From Eledone cirrhosa (Eukaryota), in the NCBI GenBank assembly GCA_964016885.1, contig OZ024750.1, positions 11,966,001 through 12,030,000 on the forward strand: a DNA stretch of 64,000 nucleotides, written 5' to 3'. This document shows, piece after piece, positions 48,201 to 59,209 of this stretch. The position numbers and the translations under genes were made by a program. How positions within the stretch are numbered: the first letter of the stretch is position 1; the number at the start of each line of letters is the position of its first letter. A model generated the notes under the pieces. The model saw nothing but the letters and a program-made list of their open reading frames with translations, searched no databases and was not told the DNA's origin.

Positions 48201-50321
48201 TTATAGAATATTATGATTCATTTTTATTACTGTCTCTACAAAATTGTCCAATTGTATAAAGTCTGCTGATATAATGTTTAAGCCAGTGCTGCACGGACAT
48301 TTGTCTTGAATCCAGTTTTTAACAGCACCTGTAGCTTTCTCAGCTAATACACACTTCAAACTATCATCAAGATGTTGAAGAACAGTAGTTATTGTTGGTG
48401 TTAGGGTGCCTTGCCAGTTGAAAAAACAGTCTTTTGAACGCCCTTTGCGATATTCCTTATCTAATGCAGACATGAGTTCTGGGAGTTTATCAGTGTTTGC
48501 CCAGATGTTTTGAACCAAATTTCCAGGCCAGAATAGTGGTTTCTTAGTGGCAAGAGGATGATGATAGCAGATGACTACTTGAAGATTGTTTTCCCAAGCA
48601 ACATTAAGTGTCAAGTCAGCAGTTCCAATATATGGACATAATTTCTTTCCAAATATATCAGACAACATTGACAGTAACATTTCATGATTTTCCAAGCTTA
48701 CATTATAAAAATGGTTAAAATCCAGAATTACTAACTCTTTCTCATGTTTCTCCAAGAAAGAATTTATCTCATGCATACAGCATTCTATTTTTGGTCCATA
48801 TAAGCCATGGACAAACTGAAACTCACAACAGTGATTATTGTAAGCTACCCTGAAATCAAAATAGCGAATTCCCTTTTCAAGTTGCTTTCTTAATTCTAGA
48901 TGCTGAGTAACAGACCATCTCAGAATTATTTTATCAGCAGTTTTTCCAAACATAAACTCAGCTACCTTAATTAGTTCAGAGCAATCAGGAGCAATTTCCC
49001 CTTCTCTTAGCTGAGAACTAAACGAGTCATGGGAACCTGTAAAAACAAAAAATATTAACACTAAAGATAAACATAAAATTCCTCAGTATACTGTTTACTT
49101 TCAGAAACATTTCAAATATTTACTAGTTAGTAGTAGATGACACTTTAATTCTGTACATAAAAAGTAATGGACCAAGACATTTGAATTAATTAAAATCACA
49201 CATGTAGTGATGAGAAAAAAATAATTTTCTTAATTATTAATTCGACCATAAGAGACAGGGGTAATAATTCCAGAATTTAAATTAATTACAAATAGAATGT
49301 ACTGTCTCATGAGTTTGAGCTCGGACAGTTCTGGACATGTTTTGGACTAATGAAACCTCACTAGTGAAGCAGAGACTAACCATTAGTGCTAGATTTTAGA
49401 ATGAATAGAAAGACTATAAGAAATTAGTAAAATGAACATTTTGAGCTGCATGATACACTCAAGTTGAAAGCTTTGTTAACTATACAATATTTACAGCATG
49501 TAAAAATACATGGCTTAGGCGAGCTGCTATCTTTCCGATTTTGTGAATAAATATAACAGACGCTTGTCTAGAAAGAGTTATGTTTCTTACATTGTTTTCT
49601 CGTACCTCGCCCATTATTGGCTACTGACATGTTGTTACGGTTCACCCACATAAGTTGTTTTAAATATATAAACCCAGTCCTATAATGCACACGATATATA
49701 TATATAAGTTGTTTTAAATATATAGACCTAGTCTTATAATGCAGACGATATATATCTCTATTTATTTCTAAGATATAATTACATAAATATACTGGATTAA
49801 ACGTATGAGTAGCTTTAGAAGAATAACTATTTACAGGGACAAATGTAGAATCAGAACCAGAACGCCGTGATTTAAAAGGGAACTTTTTGTAGCAACATGG
49901 CTGAAATGGGAATAGATAAAATTGAACACCATTGAAGTTCTGAGTTCGATACCTTTCCTCAAATGTGTGGCCTTGTGACTAAAATAAAAATCAAACATCG
50001 ACAGGATCTGAGTTCAAATCCTGTCGAAGTTAGCTCTGCCTTTCATCCATACGGGATCAATAAAATAAAGTACTAGAAATGCACTGGCGTCGATTTAATC
50101 GACTTTCCCCTACCCCGAAATCACTGGTCTTGTGCCTAAATCAGAAACCAATATAAAGAAAAAACAATTGATAAAAATCTAAGTATATAAATATAGTTAC
50201 CTGGAATGGCTAAACTGTTTAGCGGTATGTCATGACAAGTAGCAGGCAGGTGAGACATCCAATTTGCTAAATCATCGTTAGGATCGATATTTGAACAATC
50301 ACCAGCGAGCATTTTAGCCAT
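48201..50321 (-). CDS. PLCXD: PI-PLC X domain-containing protein (PLCXD family, ~318 aa)
   Basis: Coding exons 50321-50201 and 49036-48201 (phase 1). Motifs: NWMSHL, LAIPGSHDS, WSVTQ, QLEKGIRYFDFRV, FVHGLYG, ELVILDFNHFY, NIISADF. Both catalytic-type His motifs are present. Confidence 0.95.
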
Positions 50322-51424
50322 GGGTAATAAAGTTAAAATCCAAAACAATACTATGATAAAACTTGAAATAATCTTTCCTAAAGCTGATCAAATGTATATA
50401 AAATTAAAATATCTATATTTCAATTTTATATACCTAATACTTTATGGATCTGGAATAACCACGAAGTTTTGATTCATTCAAATTCCTTTGAACACAAATA
50501 TGAGTTGTTTTTTTTGTTAAATACACTAATAAAATTTCACTCTTCTTTCTCTCGTCCTGGTCATATATTTTGGTGAGGTTCCTGGCAATGGTTAATTGTA
50601 TTTGTTATATGTGTTTATCATATAACATTACTGTATTAAAGGGTCTTCTGTCGACAATTGCATTGTTAAACTCTGGGCTCTCTGTCGAAGATGTCCAAAT
50701 ACATAAAGTCGTTTATTTTATAAAACATGACTTATCCACTCAAATTTTTTTTTAATTCGAAGATGATGACCAGCTCTCTCTTTAACTATATATTTCTGTA
50801 TATTATATTTATAAGGTTCCCAGTAATAATTAATTCTATATATTATGTGTTTATATTTTCATTCTGTAAGAAATATTCATTAAGTATTTTATATATTATT
50901 AATGTCTACACGCGTTTTTTTATTACTTGCGTCTATTTTCATTCTGTAAGAATTATAAATAATTTGTAACCTTATTTAAACAATTGTGAATAAAATAAAC
51001 TCACTTGAACATATTGAAGTTGTTATGTGTCTATATTTTCATTTTGTAAGCATTATATTATTATATTCATAGAAAAAATAATAATTATATCTTTTTGGTA
51101 ATAATGATAATTATTTCAATTCAGAAATCCCCTTTTTTTCTGTCTCTCCCAATCTCCAGATAAAGATATATAATGGAAAATCAAACTTTCCAGTTGTTGT
51201 CTTCCCGTTTCTTCTACAACAACTACAAGTATACGCTGGGAGACCATGTATGTAACGCGATAGTCAGGACATGTAACAACAACCTGCTTGATAGTAAAAC
51301 CTCCTTAAAGACTAAAGAGTTCTAACAATTATGAAAGAAAAAACACGCTTCTGTGGCAGCAGCTGAATGTCAATATTCCGTTTTTAACTCTTCCAGCTGA
51401 ACCCATGTATTAAATTATAGCAAG
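50322..51424. promoter_or_regulatory. Divergent promoter region of PLCXD and TIMMDC1
   Basis: Head-to-head genes. Largely repeat-free interval with a probable TIMMDC1 5' UTR exon ending aag|gttagt at 51424. Confidence 0.55.
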
Positions 51425-51976
51425 GTTAGTATTTTATGACTTGCTTGTTTGTTGATGAAAGTTTTATTCTATTGTAATTGCTATTTTCATACTTAAATAC
51501 TTTATGCTGATCTTGAAATAACCTTCACATTCCCCGCAATATATACTATATGATATATATATATATACAGTGATGGCCATAACTGGACCCCGAAACCAAT
51601 TGTCGCACATACATGTTAAGTGTATGAAACTTTATGCTAAATAAGCTCTCTTGCAAGTGTATGAAACTTTGTTTATACTAAATAAGCTCTCTTGAAACAG
51701 ATCGAGCACTGTTTTCGATATAACCACTAATGTGTTTAATTATATGTTTGACTTCAGTGTGTCAGACGTTTCATCAAAGCTCTAAGGTAAAATGTGAGAA
51801 CACCTACGTGATTAACATTTCTAAAGGTATAATTCATTTTGTTTATCGTAGTGTAAAAATAGCGGTGTAATTAGATTCAAAATATCTGAAGAGTTGAAAC
51901 AGTCTGAACCTAATATAACTAACTTTGCATCCCTGTGTTTGTTATATATATATATATATTTGATTTATTAACAGGA

Positions 51977-53138
51977 ATGGATAATCTGTTTCCAAAGGGT
52001 CTTGTTCCTTCACAAATATGTTCCACTTCCTTATATCAGTCACTCAGAAGTTCATTTCGGTTCCCTCGGATATACGCTGATGAGGTTAAAACTTCCTCCA
52101 CAGACTCTCCTTCCGATACTCCTATCCAGTACGCTGATGCTTTAGCAAAAGCCACTGAAGATCTGCAAAGGCAAGCTTTGGAAAACAAATTATTTATTTC
52201 AGAATTAGACATACAGAAATTCCTGTCAACAGAGACTGGATGGCATCGTTTAGAGAAAATGTACAGCAGAGAGTAAGTATATGAAGCACTTCTTCAAAAG
52301 TAGTCCAAGAGTTATTTATTTTTCGGGGTTTTTTTTTTCCATGTTAAAGGTGATTGTTTTAAACAACTGTGTACTAAAACAACACTAAATAGTAAAGTAG
52401 TCCTCTTAACCCTTCAATAACTGAATTTCTAATGAAATATATTCTATTTTAATTAATTAATGAAGAATGTTGAGAGATTTACTAAAATTATTAATTATTT
52501 CATTACCAAGATAGTAACTTAACCGTTTCATGACTGCATTCCTAATGAAATACTCTCTAGAAAGTTATGACCTCACTCTCTTCTATATAGATATTATTTT
52601 GTTGCTAATGTTGTGACTGTTTGTCTTTTCCAGTATCAAAGGATTTTACAGTCCTGAGATGAACTTTATCGGTGGAACACTACTGAAAATTGGTTTTATA
52701 TCGTTCTGTGTGACTTCCTTTATAGCTGGTAAAAAGGCTAATGAAGCATTCATCAAAAATAACAATGCATCAGTTTTCAGAACTAGATTCCAGGCATCTG
52801 TGAGTTGTCCTTCTCTCTCTACATCAATCTTTCTACAATGTGTTTTAATTATGTAACTCACCAACACTAGGGAAGCTGTCATAACCCTTACACAACTGGA
52901 AAGTCCTCTCAACACTTTTTTGGCATTGTTTCTACATCAGGATGCCCATCTTGTCACTAAACACCCTACAAAGTACATCAGGTGTACTCTTCCTGTCACC
53001 AACCACCCTACAGGGTACATCAGGTGTTCCTCTCCTGTCACCAACCACCCTACAGAGTACATCAAGTGTACAATTTCTGGCATCTGTACTACAACAGTTG
53101 TTGGTCATTTACTCAACAGAAGAGTCCTCGCTAAGTTA

Positions 53139-53198
<60 letters not shown>

Positions 53199-55921
53199 TA
53201 TAGGTAGTTCCACAACAGTTAGTTCACCATACTGAGAACAAATGTTTTACCTTATTTGGATCCTCAGCTCGGTCTAAAATCCTTATTCGGATCCTCAGCT
53301 CAGCTCTGAATAAGGTGAAACAATTGTTCTCGGTATGGTAAACTAACTGTTGTGTTACTACCTCTACCAAACTCGTCCCATGACTGAGTGCTCTACTACT
53401 ACAGATATAACCCACCAGCGTTCTACTATAATATATATATTTATAGGTGTATATATATATATGGAGGCACATGGCTTAGTGGTTAGAGCATTGGCCTTGC
53501 AATCGAAAGGTTGTGAGTTCAATTCTCAGACCGGGTGATGTGTTGTTTCCTTGAGCAAGACACTTTATTTCACATTGCTCCAGTTTACTCAGCTGTAGAA
53601 ATGAGATGATAGGGACTGGGTTCCCTATTATTCCACTGCAAAGTGGACGTGTAGGCGCCACGGCAAAAAAGCACCCAGCACTCACTGTAAATGAGGTTGG
53701 TGTTAGGAAGGGCATCCAGCTATAGAAATCAAGCCAGAATCAGCTCCCGTCCCACCCTTGCAAGCAGGGAAAAGCGGACGTAAAATGAAATGAATGAATG
53801 AAATGAATGTGGGTATATCTGTGTATTTTCTACCCACCCATTTTTCATCCACTGTAGTATTTTGTTGAATTGTTGTTCTATTGATAATGATGATAATTTC
53901 AAACTGTTCTGTTTGATTCACAGCGAATGTTGACTGACCAAGTTGTGTTAGCAGGAGCAAAGAATGGAGCTTTCTGGAGTTATCGTACATGTGTCTTTTC
54001 TTCAATATTCCTGTAAGTTTTCTTTCTATGCATCACATTGAATAATGTGGCTGCTCTATTTAGATGTAAAGTGGAGCTGTAGATGGCGAGGATGTTGAGC
54101 TGGATCTTGGAAATGGTGTGAAGATTGAAAGTGTGAAAAAAACGTTTTGTTAATTTAGAGACTTGTTGAATGGAAATTTATCAGACTCTGAGACAATATC
54201 TACAGTGAGATGCACATATGAAGAAATTCTATTTGAATGGTGTGCTAATGAGGAAGGGGAATGTCACTGAAACTGAAAAGAAAGTTGTATTTGCTACATG
54301 TGTGAGAAATGCCATGATTTATGGGAGATGAATGTGGGGCAATAGAGAAAGCCAGAAAAAAAAGAAAACATTTAGAATGTTCTATTTACTTATTCTATTT
54401 TTTAGTTTCACATCCCAATCCATTGCTGTCTACAGAAATAAAAGCAGCATTTGGGAATATTTTATAGCTTCAGGTAGGTTATTTATTTATTACTGTTGAT
54501 CCATCTTCATTTTTGTAATTTTCTTTAACCCTTTCATTGTCATATTTCTAACAAAAGACTGGATGTTTTTATTGTCACCAATACAACCAACTCACAAGTT
54601 GGACTGGGTATTTTATCATCATGTCACCAGCACAACCACAACCACTTTACATATAACTATTTTATTGTTCAATAAATTCCTATGAAAAATGGGAGAAGAT
54701 ATTACTTTATTTTTACCATTTTGTTATGGAATCTATTCTGATTTGCAGGACTGACAGGAATCTTATTAAAGGTGAACCTTGGACTGAAAGGAATGATGAG
54801 TGGTGCTGTATTTGGTTCAATCATGGGGTATGTATATATTTTGACATGTTCCTGTAACATTTTCTCTGATAGCTTCAATTTATGTAAAAATAGTTTTACG
54901 GGCATACACCAACCAGCAAGAGACCCAGGAGTAGACCCTGAGCAAGATGGTTGCATAACATCCATGAGCTTAGCTGGTCTCGCTTGGATATTCAGCCGGC
55001 AGTTTGAGGACTCTGCCCCCACGGCCCTCTTAGGAATAAGTAGAAGCTTGAATTACACTGAGAAATGTATGAAACACCACAACACCCTCCATACTATTAT
55101 TTAACCCTTTAGCATTTAAACCAGCTGTATCCGGTCAGAATTTTCTGTTCAAACCAGCCATAACTAGCCACTCATACTGATAAGGTATTGTTCTCAAAAT
55201 AAATATCATCAAAATTTCATAGATTCAGTAGTATATGAGATAAATCCTTTACTGTAAAAATACAATAGTAAATAGAGAGTAATATGAATGCTGAAGGGTT
55301 AAGAAAATAGTTTGTTGATTCGTCTTTAATGAATAAACTTAGGATTCTTCTCTTCATATTAATTCATTTATAGGCTCAAGAATCTTTAGCCAACACTATA
55401 GAATTAACTGCTTGTTGATTGGAATATACAAGAGCTGCTGCTTCTGAGAGAAGCAGTTCTAGTATTTTCCAATCAACAAGCAGTTCATTGTTGATTGGAA
55501 AATACAAGAGCCACTTTTTTTAAAATATTAATTGGATAATTGTCTTCATTTTACTATTTTCTTTTATTCAGTTTGTGTGGTGGATCTCTTATCTACGGTT
55601 TTATGTTATTAACAAATGAGACTCAAGATCAACGACATTACTGGCAAATACAGAAGTACTTGGAAGAAATAAGGTATGTCTTATTAGAAAATCATATTCT
55701 GCTCACCTTTCTTTACACAGACAGGAAAATATAAACCATTTTCAGTTTTTGTTTTTTTCATATTTTACAATAGTAAAAATAGAATAAATATATTCTCCTT
55801 CTTTATCATCATCAATATCATTACCACCATCATCCTCATCATAAATTTGTTTCTAACACTCTTAAATAATATTTTGTTCTATTGTATATTTTTCAGACAG
55901 CAAAAAGCAATGAATGCCTGA
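51977..55921 (+). CDS. TIMMDC1: Complex I assembly factor TIMMDC1 (Tim17/22/23 family, ~274 aa)
   Basis: Coding exons 51977-52272, 52634-52799, 53924-54012, 54406-54473, 54749-54827, 55572-55673, 55897-55921, all in frame. Motifs: ETGWHRLEKMY, FIKNNNASVFRTRFQA, IAVYRNK, GLTGILLKVNLGLKGMMSGAVFG; four hydrophobic segments. Probable non-coding exon ending at 51424; AATAAA near 55964. Confidence 0.88.
53200..53430. mobile_element. Partial second copy of the (TA)n-embedded fold-back element
   Basis: Shares TAGTTCCACAACA and the AACTCGTCC..GACTGA.TGCTCTACT..TAC.GATATAACC terminal block with 17632-17985. Contains a ~55-bp stem and is flanked by (TA)n/(GA)n. Confidence 0.7.
53461..53800 (+). mobile_element. 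tRNA-derived SINE with RTE-derived tail
   Basis: TGGCTTAGTGGTTAGAGC (A box), GAGTTCAATTCT (B box), CCTTGAGCAAGACACTT core, and a tail shared with the RTE 3' UTR. Relatives at ~22215, ~43983 and ~45580. Confidence 0.85.
54060..54350 (+). mobile_element. Highly degenerate RTE-like fragment
   Basis: Remnants such as IESVKK..L.D.L and SLKLKRKLY..CVRNAMIYG. Confidence 0.5.
55105..55298. mobile_element. piggyBac-type MITE, family A
   Basis: TTAA-CCCTTTAGCATT...AATGCTGAAGGG-TTAA; internal similarity to 44620-44817. Confidence 0.82.
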
Positions 55922-56235
55922 ACTGATTTGAAATTAGCAACAAATGTATTATAATATTTGAAAAATAAAATCATTAGTTTGTAATATTATAAATTGTTTT
56001 GTTGTGTATCAGAAAACCTGAAATTAGACTTTTCCTTCACATATGTTGTGTAATATATTTGGAAATGGCATAAATGTATGAACTTTCCAGTTCTTCTTCT
56101 TCCCCAGAATTATAAAGGTTTTGTGCCTAGCTGAAAAAGGACATATTTTTTTCAATAAAACAATAAGAATTTATGATATACATAAACTATCAAATCTTTT
56201 GTATCATTTAGTGTGTGTTTTAGGGTTAAAGGTTA

Positions 56236-56419
56236 TATGAGGGTGGGCTGACCAAGATACTCTCATGGAATGACCAAATGAGGTTTATTTTTCAACATAG
56301 TCCCTGGAAAAAAAACAATGCACTTATTAATAAGAGTTGAAATTAATGCATGTAAGATTTCACAGCTTTAGCATCACTCCTTCATAGACAGCCTATGAAC
56401 TATTTAGCCAACCCTGATA
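56236..56419. mobile_element. Tc1/mariner-type MITE remnant
   Basis: TA-TGAGGGTGGGCTGA ... TTAGCCAACCCTGA-TA imperfect inverted ends. A similar mariner-like end lies at ~47575-47700. Confidence 0.45.
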
Positions 56420-56778
56420 AGCTTAACCTTTATTCTCATGATAATACGGGACCCATAATCACAGGTGTTTCAGGTTTACGATGATGATGCTGCCTAGAGT
56501 GACAATCACAAGGGAGCTTCTATGTGGTTACCCAATCTACTAGAAATAGCAGTTAATTTTCTTTCCAATCAAACCCCACTATCTTAAAAATAGATGTTAG
56601 ATAATATAGTCCTAGATTAGACATAGGTAACCTTTTTTCGAGCTGCGGACCACATAGAATGTGGCTCACCATAAGATGGGCTGCAATACTAAAAAGTTCA
56701 AGGTCATTTTAAAATTAAGTGTGCCATTCAGAAAGCCTAACAGGTCACAGTTATATATGTTTATATATACATACACTA

Positions 56779-57080
56779 CAAGGGTGGGACGGGAACTGAT
56801 TCTGGCTTGATTTCTACAGCTGGATGCCCTTCCTAACACCAACCTCATTTACAGTGAGTGCTGGGTGCTTTTTGCCGTGGCACCTACACGACCACTTTGC
56901 AGTGGAATGATATGGACCCCCCCAGTCCCTATCATCTCATTTCTACAGCTGAGTAAACTGGAGCAATGTGAAATAAAGTCTCTTGCTCAAGGAAACAACA
57001 CATCACCCAGTCTGAGAATTGAACTCACAACCTTTCGATTGCAAGGCCAATGCTCTAACCACTAAGCCAAGTGCCTTCAT
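56779..57080 (-). mobile_element. Near-identical inverted copy of the SINE at 53461
   Basis: Reverse complement of 53461-53762 with few differences. Confidence 0.87.
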
Positions 57081-57168
57081 GGTGATGATGATGATTATAT
57101 ATATATATATACATACACTACAGTTATATATATATATATATATATATATAAATACACTACAGTTATAT

Positions 57169-57460
57169 CATCATCATCGTTTAACGTCCATATTCCACGC
57201 TAGCATGGGTTTGGACGGGAGTTTTCCCACTTGAGGCAAGAGTGGTTGTCTTGCGGGTTTTCTACGGCTGGATGCCCTTCCTTACACCAACCACATTTAC
57301 AATGTGGAACTGGGAGGTTTTTACCGTGTTACCTACACGGCCACATTACAGCATGGACTGTGTGTTTTTTTTGTCGTGACACCTACACGACTTCGTTTGT
57401 TTCGGGCTGGATGTTGTGGTACCAACATAACTTTACATTGAAAGGGGTGGGGGTAGTGGG
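57169..57460 (-). mobile_element. RTE 3' UTR retrocopy, inverted relative to 57655-58357
   Basis: Reverse complement of ~58060-58350. (CAT)n at the left end. Flanked by ACTACAGTTATAT at 57156-57168 and 57461-57473. Confidence 0.88.
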
Positions 57461-57654
57461 ACTACAGTTATATATATATATAAATATATGTATATACACT
57501 AGTTATATATATATATATATATATATGTATATACACTAGTTATATATATATATGTATATACACTAGTTATATATATATAAATATATGTATATACACTAGT
57601 TATATATATATATATATATATACACTACAGTTATATATATATATATATATATAT

Positions 57655-58357
57655 ACTGGAGAGAAACGAAAATTGCATACTCCGCTGGATGTGTAATAGT
57701 AATATACGTGAACGGCAAAGCATAAACAAACTAAGGGAGAAATTAGAAATAAGAGGGATCAGATGTTGTTTACTCGAGAGAAGACTACGTTGGTATGGTC
57801 ACGTGATGCGCATGAAAGACGACAGCTGTATAAAAAAGTGCAGGGCAATAAAAATAGACGGTAGCCACGGAGTAGGCAGACCCAGAAAAACCTGGGACGA
57901 CTTGATAAATTCCGACCTCACACACTTACACCTCTCCAAGACAATGTCACTGGACCGAGACCTTTGGCGCTACACAGTAATAGAGAAAACCCGCCTTACC
58001 TAAGTACAAAGTGAAACCTACTACACTCAGTAGGCACCTCTAACAAAATACACCCCCGTCCCACTACCCCCACCCCATCCACACCACCCCTCTCAATGTA
58101 AAGTTATGTTGGTACCACAACATCCAGCCCGAAACAAACGAATATCCAAAAAAACACACAGTCCATGCTGTAATGTGGCCGTGTAGGTAACACGGTAAAA
58201 ACCTCCCAGTTCCACACTGTAAATGTGGTTGGTGTTAGGAAGGGCATCCAGCCGTAGAAAACCCGCCAGACAACCACTCTTGCCTCAAGTGGGAAAACTC
58301 CCGTCCAAATCCATGCGAGTGTGGAATATGGACGTTAAATGATGATGATGATGATGA
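57655..58357 (+). mobile_element. RTE-clade LINE 3' end
   Basis: RWMCNSNIRERQS..RRLRWYGHVMRM..GRPRKTWDDL plus 3' UTR and (GAT)n tail; closely similar to the copy at 46600-47560. Confidence 0.92.
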
Positions 58358-58425
58358 TATATATATATACACTACAGTTATATATGTATACACTAGTTAT
58401 ATATATATATATATATACACCAGTT

Positions 58426-58459
<34 letters not shown>

Positions 58460-58472
58460 CACAGTTAGATAG

Positions 58473-58503
<31 letters not shown>

Positions 58504-58624
58504 CACCACAGTTAGATATATCATCATCATCATCATCATCATCATCAACGTTTAACGTCCGTGTTCCACGCTTGCATGGGTTTGGATATATATATATATA
58601 TATATACATATATACACCACAGTT

Positions 58625-58658
<34 letters not shown>

Positions 58659-58663
58659 CACAG

Positions 58664-58703
<40 letters not shown>

Positions 58704-59089
58704 TAGACTGTTCTTTATCTGTTGCAATCTTTTGGTGTGTTTCTATCTACAATTCTTCTTTAATGTTCCTTCCTTCCCACCTCACTGGGTTTAGTCACTT
58801 TGGCTGTTGAACTCCTATTAAGCCCCACTTTTTGCCTAGTTACCTTCATTGTCTTACTCTTTCCATATTCTTCAAGTCTATTTTGTTCTTAAACAAAGAA
58901 AGGCTTTGTTCAAAACATTGATATTCACATCTCCCCATCAAATACAAACTTACCCAAACTTATAGGTTCAGACATGCAACTATGTGATTCAATCTCACGA
59001 CATGGCACTTCAGGGGTCAAGTATCTTCTACCAGTAGAATCTGCTAAATGGAAATAATAAAGTTAACTTATATTAGTTGTAAACAAAGG

Positions 59090-59095
59090 TTTATT
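59090..59095 (-). terminator. Probable TAF3 polyadenylation signal
   Basis: AATAAA on the minus strand about 115 nt downstream of the TAF3 stop codon. Confidence 0.5.
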
Positions 59096-59209
59096 TACAA
59101 CATCAAATAAACAACTCCACACTGTCCTTAAATAATGAATTATAAAATCTGAAGCTGACAGTAATCTCATTTTTTTTACATAGCTGGTCAATCTCTGCTG
59201 ACCAAAGTC

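Larger units (their letters stand above)
57095..58705. repeat. (TA)n-CAC(T/C)ACAGTTA satellite interrupted by RTE insertions
   Basis: Recurrent CACTACAGTTA / CACTAGTTA / CACCACAGTTAG units separated by TA runs. Confidence 0.85.

Noticed and set aside
53465-53535. tRNA gene
   Set aside because: The tRNA-like head continues into SINE core and tail and has several diverged relatives; it is a SINE head.
58880-58930. Penelope-type hammerhead ribozyme remnant (also ~49345-49380)
   Set aside because: The CUGANGA/GAAA core is not intact; too degenerate to support.
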